This document shows, one piece after another, positions 1 to 13,980 of a DNA stretch of 64,000 nucleotides. The stretch is from Octopus vulgaris (lineage: Eukaryota). The stretch spans positions 157,666,001 to 157,730,000 of the forward strand of contig OX597815.1 of NCBI GenBank assembly GCA_951406725.2, written 5' to 3'. The position numbers were made by a program, and so were the translations under genes. The notes below the pieces were generated by a model. It saw nothing but the letters and a program-made list of their open reading frames with translations, was not told where the DNA came from and made no database searches. How positions within the stretch are numbered: the first letter of the stretch is position 1; each line of letters opens with the position of its first letter.

Positions 1-2238
1 ATTTAATCAGTTTAACTATATATCTCATGTCAGATTTGGAATTGTCCTTGTGTTATCCTGAGGCTAAATAGATTCTTTCAACATATACTGATAGAGAGCT
101 ACTTGTCGGTTTTCTTGATGAATGCCTCCAAGTCAGCCATCATCAAACAAATCTATGATCAAAGGTGTTTCAGCTGTGACGATTTTGTTTTTAGTTTAGA
201 CAGAGTATACTTGGACTATATTAAATGTATTTCATTTTCCCCTTTTTTAAAGCAATTGTTCTTACAATTGGAGGATTTACTAAAAGAAAAAATAGTTTGT
301 TTGCCTTTATATTGTTTCTTTGGTATTCTATATTTTCACATGACATCATAGGTGTGTTGCTTTTTCTTCATTTCTGTTGAGTTATTATTTATTCATTATT
401 TATTTTTCATTTGGATGATCTGTTAATAATAACCACTTAACTAGAATGTAGGAGTGGAACCTATTTTGTCAGTCAGGTAAATCCTGCATTTCTCTCTGCA
501 TTGTGACGTTTTAAAATCTTTGACTTTCTGTATACTTATCTCATAGTAAGTAGATGGCAGAATCAGTTAAGTGTTGGCTCAAAATACCTTGTGGTAATTG
601 ACTGTGCACTTTTATGTTGTAAGTTTAAATCTCTCCCAGTCAGCTTTGCTAATTATTAGTTGTGTATGTGTTTTCTCTTGTTCTGACATTACATGATATT
701 TGTAAATGAGCCTAACTATCATATAAGTTATGCCATTCATTTCCAGTATTCCGAAAGACCTGTTTGGCCAAATATTTCCTTGTTTGGAAATGGGTAATGG
801 TTGGTGAAAGGAAGGGCATCCAACCATAGAAAACCTATCTCAGTGAATTCCATCTGGTCCATGCAAGTATGAGAAAGTGGATGTTAAAATGATGATGAGA
901 GTTGATAGAAATACTGGGATCAGCTGTGCCTAGAAGATGATGCTCTGACAAGGTCAAAGTTAGATGACTGACAACTGGTAAAAAAAATGAAAGATTTGAA
1001 TAATTATATTTAATATCATATTCCCATCTAATTCAGGTTATGACCCCTGATACTTATTGGCTATTAAAGGTGAGGAATTGACAGAACCTTTTGAGCATTG
1101 GATAGAATGTCTTGCTTTCTGTGATCCTCCTAAGATCAATTTTGCCTTTCATCCTTTTGTTGTCAATAAGTATTAAGTATGTGCATAGCTGTGTGGTTAA
1201 GAAGCTCCCTTTGCAACCATGTTGTTTTAGCTTTAGTCTCACTGCATAGCACCTTGGGCAAGTGTCTTCTATTATAGCCCTGTGCCAGCCAATGACTCAT
1301 GAGAGATTTTAATAAATGACAGTTGTGTGGAAACCCTTCAGATTAATATACCACTATTGACCAGACTATTGGATGTTGTTACACCCTGCTGGCTGCTTGC
1401 TAGGCAGGCAAGCTAACATTCCACCTGAGTAGACTGGAGCAACATGAAATGAAATGTTTTGTTCCTGAGTGCAACACTCTGTTGGTTTGGGAATTGAAAC
1501 ATTGATCTTGCAACTGTGAGTGCAACACTAACCACTAGGCCATGCTCCTTCACACACGCACACAACACACGTGTGTCTGTGTTTGTCCCCTCAGTTTGGC
1601 AAATGAGACTGATAGAATAAATATTAGATTGAAAAATAAGTATTGGGGTAGATTCTTCTTTACCTGGATTGTACTTTTGATTCTGATTCTGAAGTCCAGC
1701 CATGCCACATTGTGTCCTTCCTGAGTATTACACTAAGGGTACACATGTCTGTGGAATACTCAACCACTCATGTGTTAACTTCATGAGTAGGAATTCAATT
1801 TGTTGAACTACTGAATGTTCATTGTTGAAAATGACAGAGAGCCTTAAAGGTTTCTAGCATGAAGAAATTTATTTTCAGGTCTTGTTTGTTTGTATCTTCT
1901 CTTCTGCCGTTATAAATTCCTTAGATTATGTATTTCTGTTGGATGCTTGCTTAATTTTTATTTCTTTTAATGGCGTCAAAGATAAAAAAAATACAGTGTA
2001 GACAGCTTTGTTTAATGTCTGTACGAATTTGAATGGTTTCATTATTTCGAGGTGACGTCTGATTTAACTCCCTTGACTTAACAGCCATGTATTCCTGCCA
2101 CTCACCACACTTCAGAACATAAGATTGTAGGACATTGACCCAACAGTAAAGGGACCCCTATGTAATCATTCAGTCTGTTAGAAAGAGCAGCCAAATCTTT
2201 GCCAAAGCCACCTTAGTATAGAGAAACATATTGATTAA

Positions 2239-2435
2239 CCCTTTTGATACTAATCTGCCTGAGTCTGCCCTTGGTTCTATAACAAACTTGTTTTTTGTAA
2301 AGTGATTTACATTAAAGTCTCTCAAAATTTCATGTTAATTTATGTTCCAAATACCATGTTAAAAATGACAATTATTTTTAAAATTATGTGAAACGGAGAT
2401 AATATATTTCAATAGAAATGTGGTATCAAACAATG
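2239..2435. mobile_element. Degenerate piggyBac-like MITE
   Basis: Begins TTAA-CCCTTTTGATAC and ends with a decayed inverse copy (GTATCAAA..). Confidence 0.4.
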
Positions 2436-4093
2436 TTGATGTAGTTGTAGATATCCCTAAGCACACAGGATAGCTTTTGGTGGAATGCCTTTGATCATAA
2501 GTCTTTTGGATGAGAATTGATTTAAGGTTTCAATCAATAACAACATGGGAGACTGTCAAAAGCCTTCAGAATATTAAAGCTAGCAACATTACCTTTTTAA
2601 AAAAAAATTTTTTTTATACAAATCCTTTCTGAAAGTAGTTGCAAACATTTTTTTAATAGGCAGTAAAACATTTTGTATGGTATTAGAATTTCATTATTGT
2701 GAGAATGTATATTAACACATAATCATTTGTTTAATTAAACACAAAATTTATTTTGTTGTTTAGTCCCAGTCCAGCCCTGATTGAACAGTTTTGTGATCAA
2801 AGGTATTTTGGTCATGACCATTTCAACTTTTTTTAGGCAGTTTATATAGGACTGCAGGTTCCAATTGTCTCTCCTTTTTTTTTTTAAAAGACTAAGGATA
2901 TTTGATTGTTATTTCTATTAAGTTGTGCAGCAGTTTATCAGCTCCCTTGTTAACAAAGTTTATTTAGAATTGGTGGGTTAGTTGAATCAAACCAATATAT
3001 ATTACTGGTACATATTTTCACAATTCTAGTGGAATAGAAGTAAGGATGTTCTCTACTTGGTTTTAATTTCTGACCCCTGAAGTATAGAACTAAATGCTGT
3101 TATAAAGCATCAGTTTTTCTCACAATGCTCTGTGCCAGTTTTGTCATCATCAATTCTTTTTTTAAAGCAAAATGTTAACATTTAAATTTATTAAATTTGA
3201 TAAAAATTAGAAATATTTTTGTATGTATCTATTTACAAACCTGACATCGAAATTGAATTAATTACTCTTTGATATAGAACTGATATTGTATTGGTACATA
3301 CAGTGTCATTGAATGCGACAACAATAAAATAGATACTCTAAAAAGAAGCAAAGGTATTTAGTTGCAACCTTTTACATTCTAAGTTCAAATTCTTCTGAAG
3401 TTTAGTTTGCTTTTCATCTTTCCAGGATCAATGAAATAAATACCTGAGTTTTAATATAATCATGTATATTCACCACAATATATTCTCCATATATATATAA
3501 TCATATGTATTCTCTACCAAAATGTATGACCTTATGCTTATGAAAGAAGTTACTTTATTATACTGAGAAGGAATGATACTCATAGTCTTTGTAAATCTTC
3601 CCAAATTTAGGAGCTTAATTTAAGACTGTTATGGCTGCATAAAAAATAATTTTATTTGTTGTATAGATATTTATAATCTGTACCATCAACGTTCTAGTTG
3701 TAATGGGTGAAACTGCATCATTTTCTCAAAACATCTGGATTTTTTTAAAACCCATTTAAGGGATTGGGATTTTCACAAATTTGGATATAAATTGTTAGAA
3801 GAAACATTTTTCTTTTTACAGATTCATGCAGTCACTAAATCTTCAAGTGAGAATAGTGTTTATTTTCAGATGGAAGTGAAATCTCCCTTGTAAAAATATA
3901 TAATGTAGCAGTTTTGAATTTATGACTTTGTTGTCTGTAGTCCAACAGAAATTATGAAAATTTTTCAGTTGTGTACGTATTTGAAAAACGTGTTGATTAA
4001 AATGAAAAAAAAAAGAGCAAATTATTTTCTGCTATATATATAATATTGTTCAAAATAATTAAAATAATATTTTGTATATTTGTTTGTCAACAG

Positions 4094-4260
4094 ATGGGCT
4101 GAGTCTAACAGATCAAAACTGATGGCTCAAAATAGTTCTTTAGAATTCAAATTGCATCGGTTACAGTTTATAAGTTTGATTCGCCAAGGTCAGAGCAAAC
4201 AAATGGTAGCATTAATGTATTCCAAAAATTTTGCACCTTTTGCTAGCCAACATGCCAAAG
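4094..4260 (+). CDS. RMND5A: RMND5A/GID2 E3 ligase, internal exon (CTLH/CRA region)
   Basis: Reads [55 protein letters not shown], matching recalled RMND5 '[29 protein letters not shown]'. Acceptor cag, donor gtgagt. Upstream exons lie outside the window. Confidence 0.95.
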
Positions 4261-7200
4261 GTGAGTATCTTTGTTTTACAGTAAAATCTGAATGATAACA
4301 TGTTAGCTACATAATTATTGATTTCCTGAAGTTAGAAATTCCTAAAGAATTAAAATTAATTAGAGATTTGATGTATACACAGTTCACTAAAAACTTTGCT
4401 TTGTGCCTGAGATAATTTGAATATAGATGCTGGTGCCATGTAAATGCACTTGTGCTGGTGCTGTGTAAAAGTACCCAGTATACTCTGTAAAGTGGTTGGC
4501 ATTAGGAAGGGCATCCAGCAGTAGAAACCATACCAAAACATAGAGCCAGAGTAGCTCTTCAGCTGCAGCTTTGTCAAACTGGCCAACTCATGCTAGCATG
4601 GAAAACGAACGTTAAATAGTGATGATGATAATGACTAAGATGAATCTGAAGTAGATAAACTGAGGAATCTGTTATAACTATAGTAAAAAAATAGTACCAT
4701 ATAGATTTTTGTTTATACATGAAATTGTTTTTTTCTTTTAATAAGAGGAAATAATTTACTATACTCCAAAATATTAGTCAAATTAACAAGATTTGAAAGG
4801 CAATGTTGACAATGATAGGATATAACTTGAGAATCAGCTGCTAAGACTTTTATAACGTAAATATTGGACACTTTGAGATGATGAGATCAACAGGCTCACT
4901 GACAGTGTTCAAACTATAAATACATGTACATTTGTTTGTGTGAAACCTGAATGTTATCGGTAACAAACAATCCAGTAGAGCTTGTTACATGTGCAGGTTA
5001 TTGGTGAGGAGGGTTGCTAGATACTCAGCAAGACAAAAGTAAACCCTGTCAAAGGTACAGATGAGTTATTGACTAACAATAATTAGGGTAGGTGAGTAGG
5101 TGGCAAGCTGGCAGAATCATTAACACTTTGGGTAAAATGCTTAGTGGCATTTTGTCTGTCTTTGTGTTCTGAGTTCAAATTCCACCGAGGTTGACTTTGC
5201 CTCTCATCCTTTTGGGGTTGATATAATCAACTTGCCCACTTCCCCATAATTGCTGGCCTTATGCCAAAATTTGAAGTCAGTAATTAGGGTTGGTGAGTAC
5301 TATCATGGAAAATTTCCCAAAGAGTACTTGATAGGAAGTTGCATCCTATGCTCTATGCTAGCAAATCACAACCAGGTGGTTTTGCAGTCCTACTGCACTG
5401 TGCCTTGGACAAGCTTCTTCCACTATACCCTTGGGTTGACCAATGCTTTGTGAGTGAATTTGGTGGATGGGCGTTTGTGAAGCAGCCCATCATGTATGTA
5501 TATATGTGTCTGCACGTTTGTTCATTTTGCACATCTTTACGACTGATGTAGGTTTGTTTATATACCCATAACTTAGCAGTCTTCATAAAAGAGACCAATA
5601 GAATAAACACCAGGCTTAAATTAAGTAGTGGGATCAATCTGATTGATTAAAAAAGAAAAAAAAAAAGAAATAAAAGATTTAAGGCAGTACTTCAGCAAGG
5701 CCACAGTCCATTGACTGAAACAAGTAAAAGAAGAATCAAGTATAAAATAATATAGTTAAAACAGTAAAAAAAAATTATGTCTATTTTGAGAAGAGGGAGA
5801 ATAGCAAGTGCTTTGGAGTTTAATTAGTAATGCAGAACTGTTTATAATGCCTAATAGCAGGAGACAGCCAAAGTTTAATATATTTAGTGTCAATATTCCT
5901 TGAATTTTGATTTATATTTATTTGTTTTAGTTTTAAATATCTAACTGATGGAAGCGAAATGTTATAAAAATTTAAAATGGGAAGATGGAGAAAAATAGTT
6001 GAATGAAAAATAAATTGTTATAACAATTGAAATACAAACCAGTTTAAACTAAATTTCAGTGTTTAAAAAAAAAAAATAATGTAATTATTTATGCATTCAT
6101 TTACTTGTATTGAACTTGTATTGATGTAAATTTATCAAAACAAAACGTTGAGTTTTCATAATCTGAAATTTTAAAGAGTAAAAAACAATATTTAAGCAAT
6201 TTTTTTTTTTTAAGAATGTAAATTGAAATTTCTAAATTTGCAATTGTTTTTCACTCCTTAATCAGTATTGATTATACGTAAATTGTTAAGGAAGGGTTGG
6301 TTAAATTAAAATCAATTTTTCTTGGAGTTTTTATCCTCAGATTATTTTATAGTTCTTGAGCTCTTATACAAAATGAGTTTCCCAATGAGACAATAGCATT
6401 TACCTCCCTTCGTTATTTAAAGTAACTTTTTCTATTCTCTCTTTCTCTCCCCATCTCTCTTTCTCTCCTCACCTCTCTCTCTCTCTTTTTCTTGATCTAC
6501 TGTTTTTTCTCATAATTTTGTTTCATTAGATTTTTTTTCCTATTTCATATATACATTGGAATTTTTTGTATCTAAGGATAGTTTGGGCTGAAAGCATAAG
6601 ATACCTTTAATTTTTTTGTCATATTTTATTTACTACGTACTAGAAACCCATTTAATATTATTGGACTCATGGAAGTTTTTTAATTATAATAAATGGACCC
6701 AAGTGAAGCCTTGAAATAATGTTTATGTATATATATATGTGTGTGTGTGTGTATGTATGTACATATTTAATTTCTAAAGTCACAAGGCGTCATATTTTAG
6801 GCTAGAATAAATCAAGTGTATTGACCAGCACTTATTTATTAACATCAGAAGAATGAAACCAAAATTGAACTTAGTGCTACTAAACTTTGCAAGGCATTTT
6901 TTCTGTACATCTATTGTTGTTTCATCAGAAACCCGTTGACATGTAGATATAATATATCTCTTCTTCTTACTCTTGTGGACATTGACTCTTAACTTGAGAG
7001 CACAAAGTCTTTCATTGGAGTTTTCATGGTTATGGTCTTAGACCAACTGCATGGTCTGCCAGCTCATATGTAGGATGTTTTTATGAGACACCACTCTTGT
7101 GGATGGCCATTGGCTCACAACGAGTTCATCCATCCTTTGACAAGTGTTGCTCATAGTCCTGCAGAGTGTCTGCAAACCCTTCCCATTTGGCAAACCAGAT

Positions 7201-8788
7201 GAGGGAGGGTGGGGTTGTCATTGACCACCTGTCCATGAAGCAAGTAGTAGCAGGATTTTTCTGATCTGACCTGGGATATAATATATATTGAGTGGAGCAA
7301 TTTATATTCAGGAATATTTTGTGTACCAGTATTTCTTGAATCTAAAAAAAAAAGCTTTACTTCTATCTGAGAAAAATATTTATTACTAGAAAAAAAACCC
7401 AGAATGTATATGAATGTTAAACAGAAATTGATATTCCATATTGTGCATCATCATCATCAAAATCATTTAACATCCATTGTCCATGCTGGCATGGGTTGGA
7501 TGGTTTGACCAGAGCTAGTAAGCTGAAGAGCTGCATCAGGCTCCAGTCTGATTTAGCATGGTTTCTATAGCTAACCACTCTACAGAGTATGCTGGGTGCT
7601 TTTATGTGGTACCAGGGGAGTGCATCTACATTTCACTGGCATGAGTGCTTTTTTTACAAGGCACCAGCACAGCAAAATCATTTTATTAGCATCTTCTTGA
7701 AAATTTGTTAGTTTCAGTTGTTAATATGGTCTTAGATCAGCTGCATGGTCTGCCAGCTCATATCCGAGATCAGTTCAGGAAAATCCTGCTTCATGGACAG
7801 GTGGTTGATGACAAACCCCAACCTCCCTCATCTGACTTGCCAAGAAAAGTTTTGCTAGTAACCTACTCACTCAGTCAGGAAGGCCACAACTAGGAAGCTT
7901 GTCAAGTATTTCATATTTATTTTAATATTGACAGATATCAATATTATTTTTAACATTAATCCTAGCACTAAGGTGGCGAGCTGACAGAATCGTTAGCAGG
8001 TTGGGCAAATGCTTAGTGGCATTTTCTCCATCTTTGCATTCTGAGTTCAAATTCTTCTGAGGTTGACTTTGCCTTTCATCCTTTTGTGTGTGTGTGGCGG
8101 GTGGGGTGGGGGGGCAATAAAATAAGTACCAGCACTGGTGTTGATGTAATCAACTTAACCCCTCCTATGAAATTGGTAGCCTTGTGCCAAAATTTGAAAC
8201 CAATATTAATACTAGCACTAACTGTATTATATTAATCCTAACATCATAAATTGAAATGTTAAACAACCCATTATGTTGTGCTCATAGCAAGATTTGCTCA
8301 GATTGCTGACTCACAAAATATAGTTAGTGGTACATATAAAATAGAATTAGAAAATAGTTTTGAAGGAAAGAAAAGTTTTGCTACTTGAACTGTTTGTATC
8401 AAGTTCTGAGTTCTGTAGTGATCTACACACTCAGTCAGGAAGGCCACAACTAGGAAGCTTACCAAATAAGTTTTGACCAGCTCTGGTAAATTCAGTTGTG
8501 TTAGTTACCAAAGAATCTGGTTACATTTTACTTTGATTAAGCAGTTTTTATAGAGAAAAGTAATTTGGTAAATTTTGTTGTATTTGGTTAGCAAAATTCT
8601 TGATGCAAACTCATGTGTTGAAACTTATTTTGTTGTATTTTGGCAGATTATCCAGCCACAAAATGGAACAAAAATAAAATTATTAAAAAAAAAAAAACTC
8701 AACTTTAGAAATTAAATTTTCTGTGTGATAAAATATGATTGAAAATAAAAATGTTTCTGTTTACATTTTTTACTTCTTTTCTTTTTAG

Positions 8789-8954
8789 ATCTACAGGTTT
8801 TAATGGGAAGTCTGTTGTATCTACACCAGGATATTGAAAAGTCACCCTATGCATATTTATTTGAACCTATTTATTGGGCAGAAATTTGTGATGTTTTCAC
8901 GCGTGATGCCTGTTCGTTAATGGGATTGTCAGTTGAAAGTCCCCTTACAGTCAG
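8789..8954 (+). CDS. RMND5A: RMND5A exon
   Basis: tttttag acceptor; [55 protein letters not shown]; gtaaga donor; phases match neighbouring exons. Not in the ORF track. Confidence 0.95.
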
Positions 8955-9763
8955 GTAAGAAAATCTTTAAAAGCAAATTTTATTTTTATCATTTACTGAA
9001 ATAAACATAATTGTGATCATTTGTAAAATAGTGAGAGTTGTCTAATTAACAGAGGAAGGGGTGACAGGCTGAATTACATACACAAAAAAAATTAATTAAA
9101 AAAAATATCTATAATTAATTAGATGGATGGCCATGCCAGTGGCCTTCAGGCTGTAAGCCAACAGTTACAGGAAAAAACAGATTGGAGCTAAAACGTTGAG
9201 ACTGAACTGGAAGTAAAAAGGCATTTTTTTTCCTGTTAAATTCAGGAATGGTTGTAGCTGTGGTTGTATTGATGAAAAGCTTGCTGGCCCAACAAAAACT
9301 TTGTGAGTGGTTTTGGTAGGCAGCAAGTGGAAGGAGTCTGTTTGTCTGTGTGTGTGCACTCTTGTCTTGATATTAAAAGATGGCTATAAACAAGCATCCC
9401 CATCATACAAGTGATGTTTATTTCCAGTGAAATATTATCTTGCTTAGAAGCAGGTGAGGGTTGATGGCAGGAAGGGCATTCGGCTGTTGAAAATCTGCCT
9501 CAAGAAATTCTGTATAACCCATGCAAGCATGGAAAAGTGGATGTCGAAAGGAAAACGTTAATAGCAGCTGAGGAATGGATGGAAGGCAGGTTTAAATTAA
9601 ATGTTATTTTGAAGAAGAGAAATAAGATCGAGAAGGTAACAGACCACTCTACTGGAAGAGGGAATAGTTGCAAGTGTTTGTGGGAGAATGCAAGAATTGT
9701 GTAAATAAACATGCATTTATGTATAGGGAAGATAAAGGAAAGATGTTTGAGAATATGATTTAA

Positions 9764-9949
9764 CCCATTAGCATTTAAACTGGTCATATTCAGTCAGATC
9801 TAGCATCTCACATCTATCCTACAATGTCATTCTAAAAATAAACAATCACATCATTGAAATCTCAAAGCTATGTGATAATGCATGGTTAAGTCAAAACAAT
9901 ATGAATAAATAAACAGAACATTTGATGGAGTAATCTGAATGCTAAAGGG
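9764..9949. mobile_element. piggyBac-like MITE
   Basis: TTAA target duplications, TIRs CCCATTAGCATT / AATGCTAAAGGG. A second copy in the opposite orientation lies at 34046-34264. Confidence 0.7.
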
Positions 9950-10890
9950 TTAAGAAACCAATTAGGTAAAAAATGATGTAATATTTGTGAAGGTTTTTGT
10001 TGATGTGCTAATTCGATAAGGATAGGTGAACCAAATGTGTTTATGTGACATGAGCTGGTGACATGATGAGCAGGCTCATGTGTGTTTACATTCCACGTTC
10101 TCCATGAAAACATTTAACAAAAAAGAAAAAAAATTGTTGTATTGTTATTCCTTTTCAACAAATCATGATCCCAGCTCTGTGCTTTTGAAGATGAGTGAAA
10201 CGAAGTGTACTTTAATTGAAAGACAAAGGTTAGCTACAGGAAAGACACAAGCTGTAAAACAATGTCTCAGTATGTGTTTATTCAATGTATGCTAGTGTGG
10301 AAAAGTGGCTGTAAAATAAACAAGTGATTGATATGCACTCATTCATGATCATGTGTGTATACACACACTCACACACATCCATATATATATATATATATAT
10401 ATACATACACATACATCATCAATTGAGACACATTTTCTCCAGCCAGATGTCCTTCCTGTTGCCAACCTTTACCTGTTTCCAAATAAGGTAATATTTTGTT
10501 ATGGCAAACATCTGAATGTCACTGCTTGTATGACAGTGATAATCATTTTACAACTATCATGTGATGTCAAGGGAAGGAAACACACACACACATACACTCA
10601 TAATCACCATCCCTTAACGTCTGTTTTCCATGCTGGTATGGGTTGGATGGTTTGACTTGAGCTGGGAAGTCGCACCAGATTCCAGTTTGATTTGGCTTCG
10701 TTTCTATAGTTGAATGCCATTATATATGTGTGTGTGTAGATGCTTTTTCCAGTTTCCATCTACCAAATCCACTTGCAAAGATTTAGTTGACTTGGTGCTA
10801 TAGAAGTTGACACATACTCAAGGTGCCATGCAGTTGGATTGAACTTGACACCCCATGATTGGGAAGCAAACTTCTTACTACACAGAAACC

Positions 10891-10920
<30 letters not shown>

Positions 10921-10921
<1 letters not shown>

Positions 10922-11093
10922 ATTATAATTAGTGTTCAGCTAATTGCTTCACCACATACCGAATTTAGAAATAGGAGTTAAAATTTCCTTTTCTGCTACT
11001 ATGGAGATTCTTATAGTAGCAGAAAAGGAATTTTAATTCCTATTTCTAAATTTGGTATGTGGTGAAGCAATTAGCTGAACCCTAATTATAATT
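10921..11093. repeat. Near-perfect ~83-bp-arm foldback (hairpin) next to (TA)n
   Basis: aattataattagtgttcagctaattgcttcaccacatac...ttctgctactat is the reverse complement of atagtagcagaa...gtggtgaagcaattagctgaaccctaattataatt, with a short loop. Confidence 0.9.
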
Positions 11094-11358
11094 ATGTGGA
11101 TAATTTTACCTATAAAGGTTATTTTAACATACCGATCTACTTGGTAAAATTATTAATTAATTTAATTAATAAATTTTACCCTTCTATTATTAATTTAAAA
11201 AATATATATGTAAGAAAATACAAACTGGGACAAGAACGCAAAACATTTAGAAGACGATACAAAAAACAGGGACGGGACATTTAAAGCCTTCAATCTTCAG
11301 TCAAGAACCGGATTATCCTCGCAATTTCGGCTGATTATATATTTCTCATTGTTTTTAG

Positions 11359-11461
11359 TATGCGTGCCGGTTGTATTGCCCTGCCTCCATTGTTGAGCAT
11401 TAGACAAGTTATGCAGCAACGCCATTGTACCAGTGTTTGGACAGCTAAAGATGAACTACCT
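11359..11461 (+). CDS. RMND5A: RMND5A exon
   Basis: tttttag acceptor; SMRAGCIALPPLLSIRQVMQQRHCTSVWTAKDELP; gtaagt donor. Confidence 0.95.
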
Positions 11462-12030
11462 GTAAGTATAGATAGAACTTTGTAGCTATTTACTGTGCAA
11501 GACTATATTTAACAGACTTTATTTGTTGTAGTCACTGGTAATTAATAAATGGAAAGGGTTTAAGTCTGCTGTGTCTGAAAACCAGTGTTAAGTTATAACA
11601 TTTTTTGTATGTAAACAGGACTCCAGATCAGATGTAAGTGCGACCTTGGTTAAAATTGCAACGTAAGCTTTCTATATGAAAGAAAGAGCCATAACAAGAA
11701 AATCACAATTATGTTCCACTTCATTCTACCATCTCCTAAATATTTCTGTCAGAATTTGCTTATATATCCACGGAACTAATGATTGCGAGGACTACTCACA
11801 TAAGTTCTCTGTAAGGCCCATTTCATACCAGCTATACATCTTCATCTACCTTCTATGTAAGGTAGCTGTTGTATCTTTGTTGTACTTGTCTCAGACTATT
11901 AAGTCCCAACCACAACCTTATCCCACATCTTACTCAATATTTCTTCTTTTGTTTTACTTCACATCAATTATATATCCTCTGTATTTCCACCAGATAATGT
12001 CTCATGTATTTGAATATCTGTGATTTTCAG

Positions 12031-12185
12031 GTTGAAATAGATCTTGGTAGTGAATACCATTATCACTCCATGTTTGCATGTCCTATTCTAAGACAACAAA
12101 GCAGTGATAGCAACCCACCAATGAGATTAATATGTGGTCATGTCATATCTCAAGATGCACTAAACAAATTGACTAATGGAACAAA
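12031..12185 (+). CDS. RMND5A: RMND5A exon (RING-Gid-type zinc finger start)
   Basis: ttttcag acceptor; [51 protein letters not shown]; gtaagt donor. Confidence 0.96.
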
Positions 12186-13779
12186 GTAAGTCTTCAACAA
12201 TGATTAAATATTTTCCTTTCCATTTTCTTCTCATGATTTTCTAATTATGTCTTTAACACATTAGGCCATTTCAGAATAAGAATATTCACAAGCATTGATA
12301 TGTTCTAGGATCTGCACATACACACTCACACACACACATATATATATCTTACATATTTTAATGCCTTTCATGCTAAGGTAAGGTAGTTATCAAACAAAAA
12401 GCTATAGACTTGCTCCTGTCTTACATTTCTTAAAAATAGGTGATAATATGATAATTCAGGTATTCTAAATATGAAGCAATATCTCCTAACTAGTGAATGA
12501 ATACTGGTTTAACTTGAAATTTGAAGTTGTTTTTACCTTATATATTTCTTGGAATCTCTTTACACAATTTAAAATCAAACCCTGGCCACCACAATATCAT
12601 TTTTCATCTGTATACTCATAAAAGTATATATTGAGATTTTTTTTTGCCTAGTTTTATACTAATTAAGTTTGCTTATTTGCATAAATTCATTTGCAGTGGA
12701 TTGTTACAAGTACTGATATTTTAAGGAACAACCTTCTTTGAAGAATAAAAAGAACTTTAAGAATGTGTCACTTTGTTGGTACTGATGCCTTTCCATGGCA
12801 TACATACTTATCCAAATTTGCAGACTTTTCTAAATGGATTTTGCTGGTGCTGACCACACTTGCTTTCCTCAGATCCTATTCTTTATTTATCCTACTCAGA
12901 TAAAATCATTATATTCCTTTATCTTGCACTGATAAAGCAAATAGTAAACCATTTGGATATCAGTTGGAGACATTTTACCTGTTCTGTAAATGTCTACTGA
13001 AAAAGCTTTTAATGCTAAAACCTTCATTACTAAACTAGAATGCTATTTCTAAATAATTCATTAAAAATTTGAAAGTACTCCGCTCCAATGTAGCTATTTT
13101 CTCAGCTTTGGCCGAGTGATAGTATAAGAATCTTTGTTATCAGTATAAGAAACTATTTCCTTTTGTTCAATCAAAATGCTTAATTTTTTTGTATTTTAGT
13201 TCCTTCATAATAGCCTATAAATGTAGCTAACTGTAGTTACTAAACTCTGTAGGGAACCCAGAGCAAGCTATCCTTGTCAAATTACAGTTTGCCATTTTCT
13301 CATATGCTTGCCTCTATTTTCTCGAATTATTTTAGTCTTTAACAGCAATATTCTCATAGGGAATTTCTTAAAATATTACATTTATAATATCTCCCAATAA
13401 TTTAGAGGATGAAATTGAGTGCATCAGTCAATCAACTTAGCTGTCTTGACTGGCATGAGCATTTTTGAGATATCTAGCAAAATCTCATCATTTTTGTGAC
13501 TTGCCCTATTGAAAAGACCTACAAGTTTTGACTTTACCACTTTTTGTATGTGTATTACTATGTTATCCAATGTCCCTTTCCTTTTTACAAGATAGCAGGG
13601 TGTGTGATCCCAAGATTTAATTATTTCTAGTTCAGTGATTGTTTAGAAGCTCTCCTTTTTGACTCAAAAGCAAATCAAAACATGGTAGATTTCTTTAGTC
13701 TAACATTAAATCTAAGCATTAACAGGTACATTTAACTCAAACAAACATTACTTATTCATTCTATAAAACTTGCAAGGTA

Positions 13780-13980
13780 GCAAGCTGGTAGAAATGTTAG
13801 CATGCCAGGCGAACTGCTTAACAGTATTTCATCTATCTTTACGTTCTGAGTTCAGATTCTGCCAGGGTCAACGTTGCCTTTCATCCTTTCGGGGGTCGAT
13901 AAATTAAGTACTGCAGTCAATTTAATCGACTGGTCCCCTCCCCCCAAATTTCGGGCCTTGTGCCTAGAGTAGAAAAGATT
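13780..13980 (+). mobile_element. tRNA-derived SINE with Nin-like central domain (representative copy)
   Basis: Motif gagttcaaattc..gaggtcgactttgcctttcatcctttcggggtcgataaattaagtac recurs at ~5100, 7975, 13780, 15480, 17840, 34690(-), 36070(-), 40500, 40820(-), 44040 and 47453. Confidence 0.75.
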
